Shown one piece after another: positions 26,062-34,921 of a stretch of 45,377 nt of DNA (position 1 is its first letter; every line of letters begins with the position of its first letter). The position numbers were made by a program, and so were the translations under genes. A model generated the notes under the pieces. That model did no database searches and was not told the DNA's origin. It saw nothing but the letters and a program-made list of their open reading frames with translations. This stretch comes from Eubacteriales Family XIII. Incertae Sedis bacterium (lineage in GTDB: Bacteria > Bacillota > Clostridia > Peptostreptococcales > Anaerovoracaceae), in the NCBI GenBank assembly GCA_031276515.1, contig JAISMX010000118.1, positions 1 through 45,377 on the forward strand, given 5' to 3'.

Positions 26062-27351
26062 TTATATCCGAACGATATACACCTTTTCTTTGCCGACCTT
26101 GCGATACGACAACAGTTCACGCTCCACCATTCGTTGCAACAGCTTGTACGCACCGCTGAGGGATATGCCGAGCAATTCCGCCGTCTCTTGTTTCGTGAAC
26201 TCCGATTTGAAGAAATCCGCAATCTTCTGTTCTTTGTCGGTTAGGAGAGGTTTTGCGGCAAGTTGCAAGACATGGTTCAAATTGGGCAGGCTGATCAGAA
26301 ATCCGCCGCTCGTAATGGGGATGGCGGGAGAGACTCCGAACTTCGCATAGGTTTCAAATATGCGCGGAATCCCGGTGCCGTAGGCTTCGATCAGCTTCAA
26401 TCGGTGGAACACCGCCGCCAACTTCTCGTTGCGCGGAACGGACACGCCCGCCCGCATAAGTTCCCGCGTCACACCCGGCATAATCCCACCGAGCGACATG
26501 ATCTCAAGCCTGTCGTCGAACACACTCACCAAAATACTGCCTTCAATGTAATAATCGCGGTGAATTATGGCGTTCAGCAACGCCTCGCGCAAAACGATTT
26601 CCGGGTAGTCCGGTCGGTCAATGCGATACGCGCCCTCAAACGTGGACGCGACTTTGTTATATACGTTCAGATACGCCAAAACCTCGTCAATCTGCCGAAA
26701 CACCGAACCTGTAAATTCATTCCTGTCCTTGAAGGTTTCTTTGGTCATGCCGCCGAAAATCGCCGCCTTGACCGAATATGGGCATTGGTCGGACAGAATC
26801 AGGGCGAGATTGGAATAGCGTCCGTCGGCGCGGATCAGTCCGAGCGACTTCCGTTGCGTTTCGCCGAAAACAACATCTTTTTCCCCGAAAATACGCGCAG
26901 CATAGTCAAAAGTGAGTTCTTGGTTCAATGAAAGAGCTTCAATAAACTTCTCACCGTCGTTCTCGCGTATCATCTGCTTGATATGCTCTCGCGATGCCGA
27001 AACGCTCTCGCTCCCGATGCGAACATACACGCCCTGCGGCACAAGTCCGTGGGATTTCAGACAATATGGCAAAGCCGCTCCGCGCTCCACAGAGATTTCG
27101 ACAACAGTCTTTCCTTCGCGCCGGATCGGTGAAGCATTGAAATATCCGGTAGGGTCGGGATTTATCGAATCGCGGAAGCTGTTGACCGCTTTGAGCAAAA
27201 GTCCGTCAACGTCGTCAACACCGACAACATTTCCATCGTCGGCAATGCCGATATACAGCGTTCCGCCGTCCGTATTCAGAAACGATAGCAGAACCTTGTT
27301 CACCTTATCGTTGTAAACGCTCTTGAACTCCGTGCTTGTGTTTTCAATCAT
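26062..27351 (-). CDS. AlbA_2 (Schlafen-like) plus HATPase_c_4 plus wHTH putative transcriptional regulator ('RecG-like' annotation class)
   Basis: The product is MIENTSTEFKSVYNDKVNKVLLSFLNTDGGTLYIGIADDGNVVG ... REALLNAIIHRDY ... AYGTGIPRI, with a C-terminal wHTH (ETAELLGISLSGAYKLLQRM). Confidence 0.8.
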   Translation of the reverse strand: MIENTSTEFKSVYNDKVNKVLLSFLNTDGGTLYIGIADDGNVVGVDDVDGLLLKAVNSFRDSINPDPTGYFNASPIRREGKTVVEISVERGAALPYCLKSHGLVPQGVYVRIGSESVSASREHIKQMIRENDGEKFIEALSLNQELTFDYAARIFGEKDVVFGETQRKSLGLIRADGRYSNLALILSDQCPYSVKAAIFGGMTKETFKDRNEFTGSVFRQIDEVLAYLNVYNKVASTFEGAYRIDRPDYPEIVLREALLNAIIHRDYYIEGSILVSVFDDRLEIMSLGGIMPGVTRELMRAGVSVPRNEKLAAVFHRLKLIEAYGTGIPRIFETYAKFGVSPAIPITSGGFLISLPNLNHVLQLAAKPLLTDKEQKIADFFKSEFTKQETAELLGISLSGAYKLLQRMVERELLSYRKVGKEKVYIVRI

Positions 27352-27397
27352 CGACCGCCCCCCCCGAAATAGTTTGTGTTCGTATCATAACACGTAA

Positions 27398-27480
27398 CTC
27401 TCCAAACGTCAATATGCAAATTGGAGTTTTGGAGAGATTATGGAGTTTTGGAGATTTTCCGGAGTGATGGAGATTTGGCG
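27398..27480. repeat. Cluster of GGAG(T/A)nnTGGAGA direct repeats plus an inverted copy, upstream of the AlbA_2 regulator
   Basis: There are three ~20-nt units at 27421, 27441 and 27461. An inverted 9-mer pair is CTCTCCAAA (27398-27406) / TTTGGAGAG (27428-27436). Confidence 0.6.
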
Positions 27481-27506
27481 TTTTCGAGTGAAGACCTTCG
27501 CCGGTT

Positions 27507-28040
27507 TCACACCGCAATCCGCTTGATCATCGCGGACAAGGTTTCGGGCGACTCCCTTTTTTCGCTGTTCAGCCACATGCAGACGATTCTGAAAGCGCCG
27601 TAAATGATAAAGTTGAACAGATATTCGGTCTCCGCGGCGTCATACTTTCCAAAGCAATTTTTGAGGAAGCTTTCCTTGATGACGGCGAGAGAAAACAGCT
27701 TTTCGGGGAAGGCCGAATCGATGTTGTTGTTGATCAGCAAGCGCGCGAATTCAAGATTGTTTTCCAGATATTTGCAGAGGACTTGGATCGTCGTTTCGAT
27801 GTTCGCCTGATTTTTCGCAACCGTCTTGTTGATAAAGGCAATGATGTCGTTTTCCATGTCGGTCAGCAGGTCGAACTGGCTGCCATAGTATTTGTAGAAG
27901 GTGGTGCGGTTCACATCGGCGCGCTCACAGAGCTCTCTTATGGAAATGTGGTATATGTCTTTTTCTCGCAGCAATTCGATCAGCGCATCCTTGAGCATCC
28001 GCTTCGTCAGCGCGGTGCGGCGGTTTTCTTTCCCTTCCAT
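27507..28040 (-). CDS. TetR/AcrR-family transcriptional regulator
   Basis: The start MEGKENRRTALTKRMLKDALIELL follows GGAGG. The HTH is ISIRELCERADVNRTTFYKYY. Confidence 0.85.
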   Translation of the reverse strand: MEGKENRRTALTKRMLKDALIELLREKDIYHISIRELCERADVNRTTFYKYYGSQFDLLTDMENDIIAFINKTVAKNQANIETTIQVLCKYLENNLEFARLLINNNIDSAFPEKLFSLAVIKESFLKNCFGKYDAAETEYLFNFIIYGAFRIVCMWLNSEKRESPETLSAMIKRIAV

Positions 28041-28097
28041 GGTCTCCTCCCATTTTGATTTTTTGCCGTATGTCAACAGTTCGATTCCAAATGTTGA

Positions 28098-28155
28098 TTT
28101 ATAAACCGTTTATAAAAATCTGTCGGTTGCGCAATAAACACATGTTTATTATAAT
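28098..28155. promoter_or_regulatory. Two palindromic operators overlapping the MMPL promoter
   Basis: Operator 1 is TTTATAAAC-c-GTTTATAAA (28098-28116, perfect 9-bp arms). Operator 2 is AATAAACA-ca-TGTTTATT (28133-28150). The promoter is TTGCGC (28127-28132), 17-nt spacer, TATAAT (28150-28155). Confidence 0.6.
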
Positions 28156-28205
28156 GCGATTGCAATGTTTCGTCAAGGCGTAATCGATTTTGGAGGTATT
28201 GTTTA

Positions 28206-31200
28206 TTGTTGGCGATGAAGAAAACGGCCGATTTCATTGTGAACAAGAGAAAGCTTTTGCTGATTGTCATGCTTGTTTTGACCGCGGTTTGCGCTTTCCT
28301 GGCCGCCAAGATGGAAACAAACACGGATATGACGAAGTATCTGTCCGAAGACTCCAATATGCAGCAGGGTTTTACGCTCATGGACGCGTGGTTTTCCGAC
28401 GACGAAGAAAATTCGTCCATACGGGTGATGTTCGATGATTTGCGCGCGGATGAGATAGCCCTGATCAAGGAAGAACTGAGCGATATTCCCTATGTGAGCA
28501 GCGTGGATTACGAGGCGGACGACGAGGATTACAACAAGGACAATCATACGCTGTTTGTCGTAAACACGAGATTCGACTACGGCACGGAGGAAGAGCTTTC
28601 CATCGAGCGGGCCATCGGCGACGGCTTTACCATATACGACATGGCGTTCTGCAACAACGACATTCCCTCCACCGAGGTGTCCGTGACGCTTTTGGCGTCG
28701 GCCGTGGGAATGCTCCTCGTCATCCTCTTTATCATGAGCGCGTCCTGGCTGGAGCCGATCCTGTTCATGATCACCATCGGCATTGCCGTCGTGATCAATC
28801 TCGGCACCAACGTCGTGTTCCCGTATACGGCCGAAATCACGGCATCCATCGCGCCGATTCTGCAACTCGCGCTCTCGATGGATTATTCCATCATACTGAT
28901 GAACCGCTACCGCCAAGAAAAGCCGCTCCACGAAAACAAAGAGGATGCGATGAAAGCGGCGCTGGCCAATTCTTTTTCCTCCATCGCTTCCAGCGCGCTG
29001 ACCACCGTCGTGGGATTGCTCGCTCTCGTCTTTCTCTCCTTCAAGCTCGGCCCGGAGCTCGGCATCATCCTGGCAAAAGGCGTATTTGTCAGCATGTTGT
29101 GCGTTTTCGTCATCCTGCCGTTTTTGATTTTGAAGTTCGACGGCGGCATTGAGAAGAGCGGGAAAAAATATCCGCATTTTCCCATGGGCCTTTTCGCAAA
29201 GCTCAGCAACAAGGCGAGATTTGCGATGCCGGTCGTTTTTGTCGCGCTGTTCGTTTCCTTTTACATCTTGCAGGGGAATACCGCCATCTCCTTCACGGAA
29301 GGCAAGACCGACCCGCTGGCCGGCGTTTTTCCCAAGGACAACGAGATCGTTCTGCTGTACAACAGCAAGGAGGACGAGGAGAGCACAATGGAAATCGTTT
29401 CCGCATTGGAGGACGACGAACGCGTCAAAAGCATCATCGGATACGAGAATACGCTTGGCGAGGAGCGCAGCGCCGAGGATATGTCGGAGGCCATCGCCGA
29501 AATGGACGATGGGATCGATGTGGACGAGGAGCTCATCCGTATGCTGTATTATCTGTATTTCGACGGAAAAACGCCTTCCATAAAAGCGGAGGATTTCCTG
29601 GTGTTCGTCAGGGACGACGTCATGTCGAGCGAATTGTTTTCGGACTACATGGACGAAAGCATGACCGAAAACATCGATTCCATCGATAAATTCGCGAGCA
29701 AAGAAAGGCTGACGCGGAAAATGACCGCCGATGAGATGGCGGATTTCTTCGAGATGGACGCCGAGGACATCGAGAGCCTGTACCTCTACCGCTTTACGGA
29801 GGACGGCGGCGCGGAAAGCGGCGCGATGACCGTGTCCGCGTTTGCGGATTACGTCGTGAACACGGTGGCGGAGGACGAAGACTACGCCTCCATGTTTGAC
29901 GCCGATACCCTGGATCGGCTCGAAACCCTGCAAACCTATACGGACAAAGCGAAGATGACAAAGAGCGGGAGCTATTTGGATACGGCCTCGATCATCGAAA
30001 TGGACGAAGACCAGGTGGAATTGCTGTACGTGTATTATTTTGAAAAAGATCCCAATTACGTTCCGTCGCGAATAGCGCTGGACGAATTCGTTGACTTCAT
30101 GCAAAACGACGTCGCCAAAAATCCGATGTTCGCGTCGTACATAGACGACGACGCGATAGAGCAGATGGACGTGCTCGAGGACTTCGCGGACAAAACGGCG
30201 CTGCGGGAACGGCTTTCCTTTCGGCAACTGGCCGGCAAGCTGGGCATGGAGGAAGAAGAGGCGGAACTGATCGGGGTCTATCGCCGCATGGAAAACAAAA
30301 GCCATTCTCCCGAAAAAATGACGCTCCGCGAATTCATCGCCTTTATGCGAAACGAGGTCGCCGACAATCCCATGTTTTCGTCCTATATCGACGCGGACGC
30401 CTTGGAACAGATGGATATGCTGGCCGAATTGACGAGCAAGAAAACGCTCGGGGCGCGGCTTCCGCTTTCGACGCTCGCGAATATGCTCGGAATCGAAAAG
30501 CAGGCGCTGGAAATGGTCTATATGCTTTATCAAGGCGACAGCGCGGTCAATGTTACAAACGAGATGCAGGAGCCGGTTCCTTTGAACACGCTGGCGGGGA
30601 TGCTCGGAACCGGATTGGAAACGGCGGAAATGCTCTATTTTTATCATCGAATGAACGATCCCGAGTATGCGCCGGAGCCAATGCGGCGTTCCGAATTCCT
30701 GTCGTTTGCGCAAAATGAGGTCATAGGCAACAAGGCGCGCGAATCGTATATCGGCGCCGCCACGCTTACCACGCTTGCGGCGATTCAAGCGGCGCCGGCC
30801 GAAACGGGCGACGACCCCCGTTCTTACGCGGAAATCGCAGCCGGACTGGGCATTGCCGAAGGGGACGCGAAGGCGATCTTCGTCCTTGCAGGCGGCAGGA
30901 CGGGCAAAATGTCGATCCTGGACGCCTGCACGCTGCTGTTCTTCGACGAGCAAATTCACGCGCGGCTCGGCGAAAGCGAATATGAGCGGTTGGCCATGCG
31001 CCTTCTCGGCGCGCTTTCTTCTTCCTCCTCCGTCGGCGGCGAAGCGGCCATGCCGATCGAAACGCTCGTTTCCTTCATCCTTTCCAACAGCGTGACAAGC
31101 GCGATGCTGGACGGCGGCTCCCTTTCACAGCTTAGAATGCTGGATCGCATCATCAAGCTCGCTAAGGCGGACGCAAAGCTTTCCCACCGGGAAATCGCGG

Positions 31201-32852
31201 ATGCGCTCGAGATGGACGCGGAAAGCATACGCTCCGTCTTTATTCTTGCCGACGGCGACGCGGGAACCATATCGATCGAGGAGGCCGTTTCCTTCATCCT
31301 TTCAAACGACGACATCAAATCCGAGCTCGACTCCGATTCCCTGAAACAGCTTCGGAAACTGGATACGATCATCGGATACGCGCTGAACGACGGCGGCCTG
31401 TCCCACGCGGACATTGCCGAGCTCGCGGAGATGCCCGAGGACGATGCGAAGATGCTGCTTGCGTACAGGGACGCGGAAAACGGCGAATTCGAAAACAATC
31501 ACCATTTGTCGGTGCAGCAGGTCATGAACTTTCTCATCGACAACAAAAGGGATTTCAAAGCCGCCATCGGGGACAATTGGGATGACATCAAAACGGCGCA
31601 GAAGCTGATCAACGCCGCCGTTGAAGGCACGCCGCATTCCCCCTCCTCGCTCGCGCGGCTCCTCGGGATGCGAAAATCGCAGGTGGAGGATATCTACCTG
31701 CTTTACATAAGCGAATTCGGCGACACCTCCGCTTGGCGGCTTTCCCCGCAGGAGTTCGTCAACTTTACCGTAAAAAAGGTTTTGCCCAACGAAGCGTTTT
31801 CGACCTATTTTGACGACGAAACGACCGAGCAGTTAAAGAACGGCAAAACGCTCATCGACGCGGTCGTTTCGGAAAAAAGCTTCGGCGCGAAAAAGATGGG
31901 AGACATCCTCGCCGCTCTTTCGGACGATCTTACCCAAAGCGACATCGAAATGCTGTATTCCTATTACGCCGGCATGAAAAGCGAAGAGGAGGATTGGCGG
32001 ATGACGATCCCGCAGATGTTCGATTATCTCTGCGATGAGGTCATGAACGACGCCGAATTCTCCGATATGTTTGACCGCCAAACGAAAAATGACATCATAA
32101 GCCGCAAGGCCGATCTGGATGAGGGCATCGCGCAAATGAAGGGGGAAAACTACTCCCGGCTGATCTTTACGACGGACTATCCGGAGGAATCGGCCGCCAC
32201 CTCGGAATTTGTGACAAAGTTGGATACTCTGCGAAAATCGAAGCTTGACAATGACTCCTATATGATCGGCGCCTCCGCCATGGTCTATGAGATGGAGAAC
32301 GGATTCCCGAAGGAGTTCGCGGTCATAACCATCCTCACGGCGGTCGCGATATTCGCCGTGGTTTTCCTCGCGTTTCGCAATCTCGTGATTCCGCTTTTGC
32401 TGACCTTGCTCGTGCAATGCGGCGTATTCATCACGGTGACATCCATCGGGTGGCAGGGACTTTCCGTATATTATCTGTCGCTGTTGAACGTGCAGAGCAT
32501 TCTGATGGGCGCGACCATAGACTATGCCATCGTTTTCAGCGAGTATTATCGCAACAACAGGGGCGGCATGGGAAGGACGGAGGCGCTCAAATCCGCTTAC
32601 GACTGCGCCATCCACACCATCATGACCTCCGGCGCGATCCTGATCCTGGTGACCGCAATCCTCGGCGCGTTCTCTCCGGCGGGGATTATCGCGCAGGTGT
32701 GCACCACCTTGTCCATCGGCTCGCTGATAGCGGTTTTGCTGATTCTGCTCGTTCTGCCCGGAATGCTCGCGGCCTTCGATCGTTTTATCGTGAAGAAGAA
32801 AGAGCGGATCCCCGCGGAGATCGAGCCCGAAGCGGCGCAAGGCTTGGATTGA
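28206..32852 (+). CDS. MMPL/RND-superfamily transporter with a giant tandem-repeat extracytoplasmic insert
   Basis: 1548 aa with two blocks of about 5-6 TM helices (aa ~10-330 and ~1340-1520). About 900 acidic residues organised as about eleven ~75-aa repeats lie between them. TTG start at 28206 is 9 nt after GGAGG. Confidence 0.85.
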   Translation: MLAMKKTADFIVNKRKLLLIVMLVLTAVCAFLAAKMETNTDMTKYLSEDSNMQQGFTLMDAWFSDDEENSSIRVMFDDLRADEIALIKEELSDIPYVSSVDYEADDEDYNKDNHTLFVVNTRFDYGTEEELSIERAIGDGFTIYDMAFCNNDIPSTEVSVTLLASAVGMLLVILFIMSASWLEPILFMITIGIAVVINLGTNVVFPYTAEITASIAPILQLALSMDYSIILMNRYRQEKPLHENKEDAMKAALANSFSSIASSALTTVVGLLALVFLSFKLGPELGIILAKGVFVSMLCVFVILPFLILKFDGGIEKSGKKYPHFPMGLFAKLSNKARFAMPVVFVALFVSFYILQGNTAISFTEGKTDPLAGVFPKDNEIVLLYNSKEDEESTMEIVSALEDDERVKSIIGYENTLGEERSAEDMSEAIAEMDDGIDVDEELIRMLYYLYFDGKTPSIKAEDFLVFVRDDVMSSELFSDYMDESMTENIDSIDKFASKERLTRKMTADEMADFFEMDAEDIESLYLYRFTEDGGAESGAMTVSAFADYVVNTVAEDEDYASMFDADTLDRLETLQTYTDKAKMTKSGSYLDTASIIEMDEDQVELLYVYYFEKDPNYVPSRIALDEFVDFMQNDVAKNPMFASYIDDDAIEQMDVLEDFADKTALRERLSFRQLAGKLGMEEEEAELIGVYRRMENKSHSPEKMTLREFIAFMRNEVADNPMFSSYIDADALEQMDMLAELTSKKTLGARLPLSTLANMLGIEKQALEMVYMLYQGDSAVNVTNEMQEPVPLNTLAGMLGTGLETAEMLYFYHRMNDPEYAPEPMRRSEFLSFAQNEVIGNKARESYIGAATLTTLAAIQAAPAETGDDPRSYAEIAAGLGIAEGDAKAIFVLAGGRTGKMSILDACTLLFFDEQIHARLGESEYERLAMRLLGALSSSSSVGGEAAMPIETLVSFILSNSVTSAMLDGGSLSQLRMLDRIIKLAKADAKLSHREIADALEMDAESIRSVFILADGDAGTISIEEAVSFILSNDDIKSELDSDSLKQLRKLDTIIGYALNDGGLSHADIAELAEMPEDDAKMLLAYRDAENGEFENNHHLSVQQVMNFLIDNKRDFKAAIGDNWDDIKTAQKLINAAVEGTPHSPSSLARLLGMRKSQVEDIYLLYISEFGDTSAWRLSPQEFVNFTVKKVLPNEAFSTYFDDETTEQLKNGKTLIDAVVSEKSFGAKKMGDILAALSDDLTQSDIEMLYSYYAGMKSEEEDWRMTIPQMFDYLCDEVMNDAEFSDMFDRQTKNDIISRKADLDEGIAQMKGENYSRLIFTTDYPEESAATSEFVTKLDTLRKSKLDNDSYMIGASAMVYEMENGFPKEFAVITILTAVAIFAVVFLAFRNLVIPLLLTLLVQCGVFITVTSIGWQGLSVYYLSLLNVQSILMGATIDYAIVFSEYYRNNRGGMGRTEALKSAYDCAIHTIMTSGAILILVTAILGAFSPAGIIAQVCTTLSIGSLIAVLLILLVLPGMLAAFDRFIVKKKERIPAEIEPEAAQGLD

Positions 32853-32933
32853 GGCGAACGGCCGGCGCGCGGCCGGGAGGCCCGATTTCGGCGCGCCTTG
32901 CGGATGCGAATCGACGAACGAATTTTCTTAAAA

Positions 32934-32951
32934 ATCACATGATCATGTGAT
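32934..32951. promoter_or_regulatory. Perfect 18-bp palindrome upstream of the SDR operon (candidate activator/operator site)
   Basis: The sequence is ATCACATGATCATGTGAT. A TATAAT lies at 32974-32979 with no good -35. Confidence 0.5.
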
Positions 32952-33036
32952 ACCGCTTCCGGATATCGGTCAATATAATAGAGGTGTGAGTTATTTCGTG
33001 TTTTTTTAACAAAATCGAGACGAAAGGAGAACCGAA

Positions 33037-33855
33037 ATGGGGAAGTTGAGCGGAAAAACCGCGCTGATCACCGGCGCGGCCCGCGGCTTGGGCAGGGCGT
33101 ACGCATTGCATTTGGCGTCCTTGGGCGCCAACATCGGCGTGATAGACATCAATTTGAAATCTTTTGAAGATTTCGAAACGGAAAAAGTTTTGTTGACCGC
33201 CGATACCGTCATGGACGAGGTGCGGGCGCTTGGGGTGAAATCCGCGGGTGCCACCGCGGACGTATCCGATCCGGAGCAGGTAAACGCAGCCGTCAAAAAA
33301 ATCAACGAGGCATTGGGAGACATTGATATTTTGGTGTGCAACGCGGGCGGCGGTTCAGGCAAAATGACCGACAACGTCGCTTCCGAACTTGATTTGGAAC
33401 AATATCATCTGATTGTGGAGCGCAATCTTTCGGGCACCATTCATACGGTTATGGCCGTGGCGCCCGCAATGAAAGCGAAAAAGAAAGGCAAAATCATCAC
33501 CGTCAGTTCACATGTGGGACAGGCGGCCACGTCAACCGGTTCCTATGCTCATTACGCAATCGCCAAAGCCGGCATACTGCATTACACAAAGCTGCTGGCG
33601 CAGGATTTGGGCGCATATGACATCAATGTCAATTGCATTTCCCCCGGTTTCATCGCCACGGGACGCATGGCGCAGGGTTTTAAGGCCATGGGAGAAGAAA
33701 AATTCCTCGCGGCTCTGGCTCTGAAACGCTTTGGCACACCGGAGGATTGCGCGAAGGTCGTTGAATTTCTGGCCACGGATCTGTCCGACTACGTCACCGG
33801 CTCATGCATCGAGGTGGCCGGAGGAAGCACGTGCAGGCTTACGCTTTCGTTGTGA
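33037..33855 (+). CDS. Short-chain dehydrogenase/reductase (SDR)
   Basis: Motifs are TGAARGLG, NAG, and YAHYAIAKAG (YxxxK). Confidence 0.85.
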   Translation: MGKLSGKTALITGAARGLGRAYALHLASLGANIGVIDINLKSFEDFETEKVLLTADTVMDEVRALGVKSAGATADVSDPEQVNAAVKKINEALGDIDILVCNAGGGSGKMTDNVASELDLEQYHLIVERNLSGTIHTVMAVAPAMKAKKKGKIITVSSHVGQAATSTGSYAHYAIAKAGILHYTKLLAQDLGAYDINVNCISPGFIATGRMAQGFKAMGEEKFLAALALKRFGTPEDCAKVVEFLATDLSDYVTGSCIEVAGGSTCRLTLSL

Positions 33856-33922
33856 CGGCGCGGCAAAACCGCGATCGGCCGGCCGCGTTTCATGAAAAAC
33901 CCAATGGAAAGGAGTTGTCATT

Positions 33923-34921
33923 ATGTCCAGAATGATCAATACCGTCACCGGGCCTGTTTCGTCCGACAATCTTGGCGCCGTTTTGGCGCATGAGCACGTC
34001 TTGTTCGGTTATCCGGGTTATGAGGGCGACGCCACGTGCAATGTCTGGGACGAGGAGCGCTTTTTCGGCGTCGTCGAACCCGTCATCGAGAAAATAAAGG
34101 CACAAGGAATCCGAACGATTGTGGATGCCACCCCGAATGATTGCGGACGCGACGCCGCAATGCTGAAAAAAATTTCCGAGCGCTGCGGCATCAACATCAT
34201 CTGCTCCACGGGATATTATTACGAACGCGGCGGCGCGTCGGCCTATTGGAACTTCCGCAGGAATTTCGGTTTTCCCGCGGACGAAGAAGTGTATGAACTG
34301 ATGAAGCTGGAATTGAACGAGGGCATTGCCAAAACGGGCGTCAAAGCGGGGGTCATAAAGGTGGCGAGCGGCATCGGCGCAATCGGCGATTACGAGAAAA
34401 TGTTTTTCCTCGCCGCATGCAGACTTGCGAAAGAAGATCCGGGCGTGCGAATCGTCACGCATTGCTCACACGGAACAATGTTGAAAGAGCAGGCCGAATT
34501 GTTCATAAGCGAAGGGGTGAATCCGAATCAGGTGCAATTGGGCCATTTCTGCGACACCGTGGATTTGAGCGCGCAAATAGATGTGATGGAGAAGGGTTTT
34601 TATGCCGGATTCGATCGCATGGGACAGGTTGGCTTTGACGGTATGCCGTATGACGACGATCGCCTTGCCGCCATATGCGCGCTGACGTCGCTGGGGTTTG
34701 GAAAACGGATCTTGCTCTCAAATGATCGGATATACTGGTTTTTGGGACGAGAATTCCTGTTATCCAAACAAATCGTTGATACCCTGATCAAGGAATGGCA
34801 TTGGACCTATATTTTTGAAAAGCTTCTTCCGAAACTACAAAAAATGGGATTGAGCGAAGAACAGACGCATGGATTTATGTTTGAAAATCCCGCCGGATTT
34901 TATGGAGGTGCGTTGGCATGA
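33923..34921 (+). CDS. Phosphotriesterase-related amidohydrolase (COG1735 / PTE-like lactonase family)
   Basis: The N-terminus is TVTGPVSSDNLGAVLAHEHVLFG, with the H-x-H metal motif. It is 332 aa, the size of a TIM-barrel enzyme. Confidence 0.8.
   Translation: MSRMINTVTGPVSSDNLGAVLAHEHVLFGYPGYEGDATCNVWDEERFFGVVEPVIEKIKAQGIRTIVDATPNDCGRDAAMLKKISERCGINIICSTGYYYERGGASAYWNFRRNFGFPADEEVYELMKLELNEGIAKTGVKAGVIKVASGIGAIGDYEKMFFLAACRLAKEDPGVRIVTHCSHGTMLKEQAELFISEGVNPNQVQLGHFCDTVDLSAQIDVMEKGFYAGFDRMGQVGFDGMPYDDDRLAAICALTSLGFGKRILLSNDRIYWFLGREFLLSKQIVDTLIKEWHWTYIFEKLLPKLQKMGLSEEQTHGFMFENPAGFYGGALA

Noticed and set aside
28203-30959. 918-aa ORF antisense to the MMPL gene, in only moderately G+C-rich DNA.
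   Set aside because: The sense strand is dominated by GAx/GCx codons for the acidic repeat region. Their complements give an R/H/F/V-rich stop-free antisense frame. It has no RBS or start context and no recognisable domain, whereas the sense product has clear MMPL membrane topology.
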